The notes below the pieces were generated by a model, which saw only the letters and a list, made by a program, of their open reading frames with translations, was not told where the DNA came from and made no database searches. A DNA stretch of 64,000 nucleotides from Bacteroidales bacterium. Lineage in GTDB: Bacteria > Bacteroidota > Bacteroidia > Bacteroidales > PXBB01. The position numbers and the translations under genes are program-made. Below, one piece after another: positions 45,386 through 53,145 of the stretch. The stretch spans positions 14,735-78,734 of the forward strand of contig JAQVVM010000014.1 in the NCBI GenBank assembly GCA_028698995.1, in the 5' to 3' direction. Within the stretch, counting starts at the first letter, position 1; every line of letters begins with the position of its first letter.

Positions 45386-46357
45386 CTATTTGAAAGTCTC
45401 ACGAAACCATTTGTAAGTCTCCCTGACACCATCCTCAATCGTTATCTCAGGTTTCCAGTTATATGTTTGCATCATCTTTCCAACATCAGGATATCTGGCT
45501 TTAATATCAGTAAATGGCATAGGACGGAAAGTTATTGTAGGTTTTTTCTTAACGCTTGCATCATCTCTGGCAAGAGTAATAATCATTTTCGCCAGATGAA
45601 GATTCGAAATTGTAGTCCAAGGATCACCCACATTAAAGATTTCGACTTCATCATTAGGTTTTTCAACAAAACACATCACAGCATCAACGAAGTCGCTGAT
45701 ATAGCACCAGCTCCTCAAAGAGCTACCAACGCCGTCAATTACCAAATCTTCTCCTTTTAAAGCCCTGCTGCAAAAGTTACTCACAGCACTTTCACCAACC
45801 TGATGGGGTCCATAAATATTAAATAACCGAATAATCGTTGATTTCCAGCCAAGTTCTTCAGAATAACGATAAATCAGCTGTTCACCAGCCAATTTGCCAA
45901 CAGAATACGACCATCTCTTATCACGCGGAGGTCCTATTCGCAAATAGCTTTCCTCATCAGATCCGATAACTTCAGTTCCAAGAACCTCACTAGAAGACAT
46001 ATCTATTAGGCGATTTATTTTGTTCTTTTTCACAGCTTCTAAAACATAAAAAGTTCCAATAAGATTCACTTGTAAAGTGCGGGAAGGATTAAGATAATAA
46101 TCACTTACACCTGCAATTGCAGCCATATGAATCACCAAATCACATCCTTGCATAGCATCAGTTACATGCTGGGCATCCATAATATCTCCTTTAACAAACT
46201 CAACTTTGGTATTATTAAGAAGGTCGGTGTATTGAATGGCATTACGGTGCAAATTATCAAAAATTTTCACAGAATAGCCTTTTGTTATAAGGCGTTTTAT
46301 TAGATGTGAACCAATAAAACCACAACCTCCGGTAATAAAAATCTTTTGCATGGGCAT
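45386..46357 (-). CDS. UDP-glucuronate decarboxylase-like extended SDR (UXS / ArnA C-terminal domain-like)
   Basis: ITGGCGFIGSHL, SSSEVLG, RWSYSVGK (compare ArnA PRWIYSVSK), RLFNIYGP, VSNFCSRALKGEDLVIDGVGSSLRSWCYISD (compare UXS [31 protein letters not shown]). The start was moved to MPMQKIF (46357); the track's 46417 adds an implausible leader. Confidence 0.55.
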   Translation of the reverse strand: MPMQKIFITGGCGFIGSHLIKRLITKGYSVKIFDNLHRNAIQYTDLLNNTKVEFVKGDIMDAQHVTDAMQGCDLVIHMAAIAGVSDYYLNPSRTLQVNLIGTFYVLEAVKKNKINRLIDMSSSEVLGTEVIGSDEESYLRIGPPRDKRWSYSVGKLAGEQLIYRYSEELGWKSTIIRLFNIYGPHQVGESAVSNFCSRALKGEDLVIDGVGSSLRSWCYISDFVDAVMCFVEKPNDEVEIFNVGDPWTTISNLHLAKMIITLARDDASVKKKPTITFRPMPFTDIKARYPDVGKMMQTYNWKPEITIEDGVRETYKWFRETFK

Positions 46358-46368
46358 TTTTTTCAAAA

Positions 46369-46376
46369 CAAAAATA
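46369..46376 (-). promoter_or_regulatory. candidate -7 box (TATTTTTG)
   Basis: Plus-strand CAAAAATA, 12 nt upstream of the 46357 start. This implies a very short leader. Confidence 0.25.
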
Positions 46377-46484
46377 CAAATAAATGTGTAGCTGTCTGAA
46401 ATAAACTTTATAGGCATTACGATTAATTTTTCTAATTTTACAGACAGAAATCAAAGCATCAATTATAAATCAATTAATTTTTTA

Positions 46485-47510
46485 ATGACAATTCAGCCAA
46501 TTTCAGTCCTGATGCCTGTTTATAACGCTGGTATTTATCTGAAAGATGCCATTGAAAGTATCCTTAACCAAACATTCAGGGAATTTGAATTTATCATTAT
46601 TGATGACGGTTCAACCGATGGCAGTTTAGATATAATTAAATCATACACAGATAAGCGCATCAGACTTATTGAGAATGGTGAAAACATCAGACTTATTGCC
46701 ACTCTGAACAAAGGCATTGAGCTATCTGAAGGCAAATACATTGCACGAATGGACGCCGATGATATTTCTCTTCCAGACAGACTACAAAAACAGTTTGCTT
46801 TCATGGAAGCCCATCCTGAAATAGGTTTATGCGGCTCATATATCCGCACAATTGGATTGGAGCACAATTACGATGTTCATTTTAAAACAACACACGATGA
46901 AATAAAATTTAAGTTGTTTTTCGACACTCATTTTCCACATCCGGCAGCTATGATTCGTAAGTCTGTATTAATTGATAATATGCTGAGATTTAAGAAAGAA
47001 TTTATTCATGCAGAAGATTTTGCCTTGTGGAATGAAATGGCTGCTTTAACACAACTAGCTGTCATACCTGAAATTCTTGTGCATAAAAGAACGCATTCAG
47101 AACAGATTTCTAAGAAATTTACACCCACTCAACTACAAATATCATCTGAAATAAGAAAAATGCTTATAAATAAACTTGATATTAAGCCAGATGATGAGGA
47201 AATTAGTCTTTATGATAAATTCCTTGAAAACGATTATCCCAGAAAAAAGAATGAGCTTCTCATTTTATTAAATTTTATTGATAAGCTGATTTACTCCAAT
47301 ACCAAAAAAGATATTTATAAAAAAGAACTTTTTAATGTTTTCTTTGCACAAAAATATTGGGATATTTGTACCAAATCAACACATTTGGGTTTTTTTGTTT
47401 TTAAATTATTTAATAGTTCCGAAGCAAAAACAGTTTTAAAAATTTCATTTTTATTGAAATTAAAGTTTTTCGTTAAATCTCTCTTGAAATACAATTATGA
47501 TAGAAAATAA
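46485..47510 (+). CDS. GT2 glycosyltransferase
   Basis: VLMPVYNAGIYLKDAIESILNQTF.EFEFIIIDDGSTDGS and RMDADDI (DxD). Confidence 0.8.
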   Translation: MTIQPISVLMPVYNAGIYLKDAIESILNQTFREFEFIIIDDGSTDGSLDIIKSYTDKRIRLIENGENIRLIATLNKGIELSEGKYIARMDADDISLPDRLQKQFAFMEAHPEIGLCGSYIRTIGLEHNYDVHFKTTHDEIKFKLFFDTHFPHPAAMIRKSVLIDNMLRFKKEFIHAEDFALWNEMAALTQLAVIPEILVHKRTHSEQISKKFTPTQLQISSEIRKMLINKLDIKPDDEEISLYDKFLENDYPRKKNELLILLNFIDKLIYSNTKKDIYKKELFNVFFAQKYWDICTKSTHLGFFVFKLFNSSEAKTVLKISFLLKLKFFVKSLLKYNYDRK

Positions 47511-48447
47511 GTCCCTTATATCGGTCATAATGCCGGCATATAACGCTGAGAAATACATCAGGCAAGCCATTGACAGTATTTTAAATCAAACTCACTCAAA
47601 TATCGAATTACTTATTGCAGACGATGCATCAAAAGATACTACAAGAAAGATTATTAATACCTATACCGACAAGCGTTTAAAGACTTTTCATAATGAAAAA
47701 AACCTTGGTTATCTTCAGACCTGCAATAAACTTTTTGAAAAAGCTCAAGGTGAATTTATTGCTTTTCAGGATGCCGATGATTTTTCTTTACCTCATCGTT
47801 TTGAGGCACAACTGCGTGCATTTTCAAAAGCTCCAGACTTAGGTGTTGTAGGGTGCAATATGACTGCAGTAGATGTTAGCAATAACCCAATGTTCACAAA
47901 GAATTTCTTTACATCACATAACGATATTCTAAATGCCATACCTGAACATTTTTCAGTAATTCCAAACAGTTATTTATTAAGAAGTGAGGTTTACAAAAAC
48001 ATAGGGGGATATCATATTTATTTTGACAGAATGGGTGCTGAAGACTATTACTGGACCTATCTGATCATGGAAAAATACAAGTTAATCAACCTGAAAGAAC
48101 CTCTTTATTTTTACAGATACAACCCAAATTCCATAACTGGCGATAGGTCGGACAATCTCAATAAGAAATTCAGCTACAGGATAGTAGGTTTTCTTGTCAA
48201 CCAACGCAGGCAAACCGGTACCGATGACCTTGAAAAGCAAGACCATACAGAGCTCGACAATTTTCTTAATGGTCTAAAAAAACCCTACCTAGAGGACCCT
48301 TCGCTTTTTTACAGGGAGATGGCCGCTAAGTATTTTTATGAGGGGTTTAAGAAAAGAGGGATTAAACTTATTTGTAAAGCTATTTCGAAGAATTATTTTA
48401 AGTTAACAAATTACAGAGACTTGATTTATTTTATGAAAAATTTGTAA
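47497..48447 (+). CDS. GT2 glycosyltransferase
   Basis: VIMPAYNAEKYIRQAIDSILNQTH, IADDASKD, FQDADD. It overlaps the upstream gene by 14 nt. Confidence 0.8.
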   Translation: MIENKSLISVIMPAYNAEKYIRQAIDSILNQTHSNIELLIADDASKDTTRKIINTYTDKRLKTFHNEKNLGYLQTCNKLFEKAQGEFIAFQDADDFSLPHRFEAQLRAFSKAPDLGVVGCNMTAVDVSNNPMFTKNFFTSHNDILNAIPEHFSVIPNSYLLRSEVYKNIGGYHIYFDRMGAEDYYWTYLIMEKYKLINLKEPLYFYRYNPNSITGDRSDNLNKKFSYRIVGFLVNQRRQTGTDDLEKQDHTELDNFLNGLKKPYLEDPSLFYREMAAKYFYEGFKKRGIKLICKAISKNYFKLTNYRDLIYFMKNL

Positions 48448-48452
48448 AAAAA

Positions 48453-49343
48453 ATGATCATAGCTCAAATATCAGGCGGCTTAGGCAATCAGCTCTTCCAA
48501 TATGCATTGGGCAAACAACTGGCATTAAAACATAACACCCAACTGAAATTAGATATTAACATTTATCAAAACCCGCCACCAGGTGCAACAAAAAGACAAT
48601 TTGAACTTAACAATTTTAACATAGAAGTTGACATCGCTTCGATTGAAGAGATTAAAAAAATTAAACGATTTCATTTAAAAGGTTTGCTTAAATCTATTTA
48701 TTGGCGCACACAATATCTTAAGCCCTATCACAAAAGAGATATTATTAAAGAAAAAACAAATTTGTTTGACAGTAATGTTTTAAAAGCTTCAAATAATATA
48801 TATATTGAAGGATATTGGCAAAGCGAAAAATATTTTAAAAATATTAAAGACAAACTATTAAAAGAGTTTAAACCAAAAAACATAATAAATACCGAAGAGT
48901 ACAAATATCTCAACCAGATAATTTCCAGCAATTCGTGTTCTGTTCATATACGAAGAGGGGACTATATCAGCAACCCCAAACATCACAGCATATATAAAAT
49001 AATCCCTTTTGAATATTATGAGAAATCTATTGATTGTGTAAATGAAAAAGAAAAGAACGTCATGTTTTTTATTTTCTCAGACGATTTAGACTGGGCAAAA
49101 AAAGCTTTTAATAAAATAAATAATATTATTTTTGTTGATATAAACGATGCTTGTAAAAGCATGTATTTAATGAGTTGCTGCAAACATAATATTATTAGCA
49201 ATAGTACTTTCAGTTGGTGGGGGGCATGGCTCAATAATAATCCGGATAAAATAGTTGTAACTCCTCAGGAATGGTTTCAAATAGAATCCAAATTAAAAAC
49301 AGATGATTTGCTGCCTAAAGATTGGGTAAAAAAATTATTTTAG
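48453..49343 (+). CDS. GT11 alpha-1,2-fucosyltransferase
   Basis: GGLGNQLFQYA, HIRRGDY, IISNSTFSWWGAWLN. All three GT11 signature motifs are present. Confidence 0.85.
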   Translation: MIIAQISGGLGNQLFQYALGKQLALKHNTQLKLDINIYQNPPPGATKRQFELNNFNIEVDIASIEEIKKIKRFHLKGLLKSIYWRTQYLKPYHKRDIIKEKTNLFDSNVLKASNNIYIEGYWQSEKYFKNIKDKLLKEFKPKNIINTEEYKYLNQIISSNSCSVHIRRGDYISNPKHHSIYKIIPFEYYEKSIDCVNEKEKNVMFFIFSDDLDWAKKAFNKINNIIFVDINDACKSMYLMSCCKHNIISNSTFSWWGAWLNNNPDKIVVTPQEWFQIESKLKTDDLLPKDWVKKLF

Positions 49344-50512
49344 TGAGATTTTAAAAAAAAATCATGTATTTTATTTACAATCTGATTAATGTCTTCGTTA
49401 CTTAAATCATAATAAAATGGCAATCTCAAAAGACTGTTGCTATAAAAATCGCAATAAGGTAATTGTTTCCCTTTATATTTGTCTTCATAAAAATTCGATT
49501 TATGCAATGACTGGTAATGAAACACTGCCCAAATACCTTGGTTTTTAAGGAAGTTAATAAGTTCCTGTCTTTGCATATCACATTTGCAGATGAAATAAAA
49601 CATGTGGGCATTATTAGTAGCGTATTCGGGTAATACCGGGAGCTTTATGTATTCCTTTTTTTCAAGATTTTTAAGTTTTTCATAATATAGGTTCCAAATA
49701 GTTTTTCTTTTTTGTTGTATAACATCAATTTTTTCTAATTGTGCAAACAAAAATGCAGCTAGCAAATCAGATGGCAAAAAGGATGAGCCTGTATCAACCC
49801 ACCCGTATTTATCCACTTCGCCCCGCCAAAATGCCGCGCGATTGGTTCCTTTTTCCCAAATTATTTCAGCTCTTTTTTTGAAAGTCTCGTGGTTAATTAC
49901 CAGCATGCCACCTTCGCCACATTGAATATTTTTTGTTTCGTGAAAGCTGAAACAAGCTAAATGCCCCATCGAGCCCAGAGGCAATTTTTGCCCAGTTTGA
50001 TTAACATAAAAGCTGTCAATGGCCTGAGCGGCATCCTCTATAAGCCACAGGTTGTATTTTTGTGATAATTCAATAAAATAATCCATGTTACAAGCTACAC
50101 CTGCATAATGTACCACCACAATAGCTTTGGTTCTTTGGGTAATGAGTTTTTCCACTTCAGTCTCATCCATATTGGGCTGGTCTTTACAGCTGTCGGCAAA
50201 AACGATTTTTGCCCCCTGACGGACGAAAGCGAGTGCAGTGCTAACAAAAGTAAATGATGGCATAATAATCTCGTCGTCGGGTTTAATGTTGATCAATATG
50301 GCAGACATTTCAAGTGCATCGGTGCAGGAAGTTGTTAGCAGGCATTTATTAAAACCATAACGCTCTTCAAAAAAAGTGTGACATTTTTTTGTAAAGGCAC
50401 CATTGCCGGATATATGCCCCGAGGAGACAGCATGAATGATGTATTCAGTCTCTTTTCCTGTAAGGTGAGGCTTGTTGAAATTTAATGGGTAAAAAACATT
50501 TTTATGATTCAT
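49340..50512 (-). CDS. wecE: dTDP-4-amino-4,6-dideoxygalactose transaminase (WecE/RffA-like, DegT family)
   Basis: Collinear with E. coli WecE as I recall it: SCTDALEM, IIMPSFTFVSTA, VHYAGVAC, FSFHETKN, EKGTNRAAFWRGEVDKYGWVDTGSS, NAHMFY, AVFHYQSLH, LLRLPFYYDLS. The start was moved to MNHKNVF (50512) to avoid a 26-nt overlap with the upstream gene. Confidence 0.85.
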   Translation of the reverse strand: MNHKNVFYPLNFNKPHLTGKETEYIIHAVSSGHISGNGAFTKKCHTFFEERYGFNKCLLTTSCTDALEMSAILINIKPDDEIIMPSFTFVSTALAFVRQGAKIVFADSCKDQPNMDETEVEKLITQRTKAIVVVHYAGVACNMDYFIELSQKYNLWLIEDAAQAIDSFYVNQTGQKLPLGSMGHLACFSFHETKNIQCGEGGMLVINHETFKKRAEIIWEKGTNRAAFWRGEVDKYGWVDTGSSFLPSDLLAAFLFAQLEKIDVIQQKRKTIWNLYYEKLKNLEKKEYIKLPVLPEYATNNAHMFYFICKCDMQRQELINFLKNQGIWAVFHYQSLHKSNFYEDKYKGKQLPYCDFYSNSLLRLPFYYDLSNEDINQIVNKIHDFFLKSH

Positions 50513-50528
50513 CTGTCTCTTTATAATA

Positions 50529-51362
50529 TTATTGGGTTGTTTTTGATGCGACAATCAAACAACTACTACCAAAAGGAATTTTCTTTTTTCTTTTCACACA
50601 ATTTACCTCCCATAATAATACTTTTTTTAATATTCCTTTTATGAAAAAATTAAAAATATTATGCGTTTTTTGGGATTTATTTAGATTTTTTCTGCGAATT
50701 AATTTTAAAAAACTGGGTATAGTACGTAGTAAAAAAATTGGAATAGGAAGAAAAGAAAAAAAATAGGTAGCATATTCAATATTAAATCCTGATTTTTTAA
50801 GTTCACTTGACAAATTATTTAATGTATATCTTCTAAAATGACCAACAAATACATCTTCAGCCGACCATAAAAAACTATAAGCAGGAACAGTTATAAAAAC
50901 CAGCCCGTTAACTTTCAAATACTTGTTTAAGTTAGTGAGAAATTCTGAATCATTATCTAAATGCTCTATTAAATCAAATAAACCGATATTACTTATAGAC
51001 TCTAATGAAAAACCTGCATTTTCAAATGTAGAACATATTATTTTTTTCACACCTCTTTTAGTTGCATTTCTAACCCCATGCTCACCAGGTTCTACAAGGA
51101 TGACATCAATACCGTGATTTTGTAAATAAACTGACACAAACCCGTTACCTCCACCAATATCAAAAAAAATATTATTGTTCAAATACATCAAAACCAATTC
51201 TTTAATAATATTGTTTCTATGTTTAAACCATAAACTTCTTTCTTCAATACATTTAAATATTTCATTACCGTCTTCAGGATATGAAATATTTTTTGTTTTA
51301 CTGGAATAATAAATTCCATCTTCTTTTTTAATTAAATTTTTTGTAATATTCTCAATATCCAT
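50529..51362 (-). CDS. class I SAM-dependent methyltransferase
   Basis: Motif I FFDIGGGNGFVS, then VEPG, and later DLIEHL...LKVNGLVFITVP. Confidence 0.7.
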   Translation of the reverse strand: MDIENITKNLIKKEDGIYYSSKTKNISYPEDGNEIFKCIEERSLWFKHRNNIIKELVLMYLNNNIFFDIGGGNGFVSVYLQNHGIDVILVEPGEHGVRNATKRGVKKIICSTFENAGFSLESISNIGLFDLIEHLDNDSEFLTNLNKYLKVNGLVFITVPAYSFLWSAEDVFVGHFRRYTLNNLSSELKKSGFNIEYATYFFSFLPIPIFLLRTIPSFLKLIRRKNLNKSQKTHNIFNFFIKGILKKVLLWEVNCVKRKKKIPFGSSCLIVASKTTQ

Positions 51363-51365
51363 ATT

Positions 51366-52064
51366 TCAATGTTTCCAAAAATGATAAATAAATGTTTTTT
51401 TTTGTATTGAATAACTATGTTTTTTATAAAAACTTACAGCTTGTATATTATTTAATTGTGTAACAACTTGCATTTTTGCATATTTGTGCATAAAGGCGAA
51501 TCTTTCGGCATTTTTCATGAGTATTCCGCCTACCCCATATCCCTGAAAATCTTTTAAAACAGCGATTAATCCAATTTGTGCTATATAATTATAGTTTTTT
51601 ACGATTGAAACAAATCCTGCAATTTGTTTCTCTTTACGATATACCAATACCTCTTGGGTAATATTTTTTTTAACACTTTCAAATATCCATTTTTTGTAAA
51701 GTTTTTCAAATTCGTTATTCTTAAAATTTTGGTCTGTTTTAAATCGCGAATACTTACCACTTTCCAAAGCAAGAGATTCAAGTTCAGAATAATCAGCAGA
51801 ATTGAAAATATAGGGTGTACATTCGGGTATGGAATCTGAGAGTTCTTCACAAAGTTTTTTTAAAAATGTAACTTTTATATCATTTAAAGTTAATGACGGG
51901 TCATCGCATTTCAATTCTTCTTCTGAAAAGATATAAACTAGTTGGTACTTTTGGGCATTTTCTTTAAAAGACATTAAATCAAAGTCGGTAGTTTGTTTTA
52001 ATTCCAATTTACCAACAGGGTAACCAAAAAAGTTACTGTCCCAAAAAAGTTTTTCAATCATCAA
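51366..52064 (-). CDS. WecD-like GNAT (dTDP-fucosamine N-acetyltransferase-like)
   Basis: LFWDSNFFG (WecD LTWENAFFG), YSRF, YKKWIFESV, GFVSIV, IGLIAV, VVTQLNNIQAVSFYKK. These parallel E. coli WecD blocks in order. Confidence 0.65.
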   Translation of the reverse strand: MMIEKLFWDSNFFGYPVGKLELKQTTDFDLMSFKENAQKYQLVYIFSEEELKCDDPSLTLNDIKVTFLKKLCEELSDSIPECTPYIFNSADYSELESLALESGKYSRFKTDQNFKNNEFEKLYKKWIFESVKKNITQEVLVYRKEKQIAGFVSIVKNYNYIAQIGLIAVLKDFQGYGVGGILMKNAERFAFMHKYAKMQVVTQLNNIQAVSFYKKHSYSIQKKTFIYHFWKH

Positions 52065-52992
52065 AAGTAGTTTTATCTATAATATATATCGGTCTGTTTT
52101 TCACACCCTCAAAAGTTTTTCCTACATACAATCCCATTAAACCAAGTGTAGCTATTATCACACCCGATAAAAACCATATTGAAACAACCAATGAAGTATA
52201 ACCTAATACTTCAATATCTCCCATCAGCCATAGAATAAAAAAAACAATGGCAAAAACAAACGCAGAAAATGAAACAAGCAATCCAAATTTTACCAATAAC
52301 TTAATTGGTTTATCTGAATTTGCAAGTATTATATCTAATGCCAGTCTCAATAGCTTATTGTAATTATAACCTGAACGTCCTTCTTGTCTATAATTATGAT
52401 CAACATTTATCTTGGCGGTATTAAAACCGACCCATTTTACCATAGTAGGAAAATACCTTATGGGTTCTCTCATCTTATTAATCGCATCAACTACTTTTCT
52501 GTTGTAAATTCCAAAATTTGCCACAGTTTTGTCTAATTCTGTACCAGTTAGATAACTTAATAATCTATGAAAAAAAAATGAAGATAACTTTTTAAAAAAA
52601 GTGTCTTTTCTTTTATTTCTTCTTCCAAGTACAATGTTAAACCCCTCTTGAGCTTTATTATATAACTTAAGTATCTCTTCGGGCTTATCCTGCAAATCAC
52701 AATCCATAACCACTACCCATTCACCTATGCAATAATCTAGACCAGCAGTAATAGCATAATGCTGCCCAAAATTTCTAGACAGTTTTATGCCTTTAACTCT
52801 AGGATCATTTTTGGCAAGTACTTCAATACCCTCCCAAGCATCATCGGGGCTGGCATCGTTAACAAAGATTATTTCATAGTTTTCTGTGATTGGAGTAAGA
52901 GTTTCTTTTAATCTTTGATAAAGCTCAAGCAATGATGTGCTACAGCCATACACAGGTGTAACAACAGAAATATGGCAGCTTTGAGTTTGCAT
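52054..52992 (-). CDS. GT2 polyprenyl-phosphate glycosyltransferase (GtrB/ArnC/DPM1-like)
   Basis: VVTPVYG, VNDASPDD, MDCDLQD, plus two C-terminal TM helices (LLVSFSAFVFAIVFFILWL and LVVSIWFLSGVIIATLGLMGLY). It overlaps the WecD-like gene by 11 nt. Confidence 0.75.
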   Translation of the reverse strand: MQTQSCHISVVTPVYGCSTSLLELYQRLKETLTPITENYEIIFVNDASPDDAWEGIEVLAKNDPRVKGIKLSRNFGQHYAITAGLDYCIGEWVVVMDCDLQDKPEEILKLYNKAQEGFNIVLGRRNKRKDTFFKKLSSFFFHRLLSYLTGTELDKTVANFGIYNRKVVDAINKMREPIRYFPTMVKWVGFNTAKINVDHNYRQEGRSGYNYNKLLRLALDIILANSDKPIKLLVKFGLLVSFSAFVFAIVFFILWLMGDIEVLGYTSLVVSIWFLSGVIIATLGLMGLYVGKTFEGVKNRPIYIIDKTTFDD

Positions 52993-53007
52993 TATATGTT
53001 TTTAAAG

Positions 53008-53015
53008 CAAAAATA
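53008..53015 (-). promoter_or_regulatory. candidate -7 box (TATTTTTG) for the GT2-wecD-MT-wecE unit
   Basis: Plus-strand CAAAAATA, 16 nt upstream of the 52992 start. Confidence 0.3.
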
Positions 53016-53088
53016 CTAAATTTTTAAATAAAAAGTATTGGTTTCTTAAGATATAAATCCAAAACAAAAAGCTTTCAATTATTATTTA

Positions 53089-53096
53089 TATATTTG
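53089..53096 (+). promoter_or_regulatory. candidate -7 box (TATATTTG) for the GT-C-like gene
   Basis: TAnnTTTG 50 nt upstream of the ATG at 53146. It is divergent from the box at 53008-53015. Confidence 0.3.
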
Positions 53097-53145
53097 TTCA
53101 ATATATAGGGTGGTGAGACAATATAATCTATAAAAACAAAAAAAG

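Noticed and set aside
49340-50554. Aminotransferase as an ArnB (UDP-Ara4N) orthologue, which would make the locus a straightforward Arn system
   Set aside because: Block-by-block, the sequence follows WecE (EKGTNR..F.RG.VDKY.W.D.GSS, NAHMFY, AVFHY) rather than ArnB as I remember them. The adjacent GNAT follows WecD rather than a formyltransferase.
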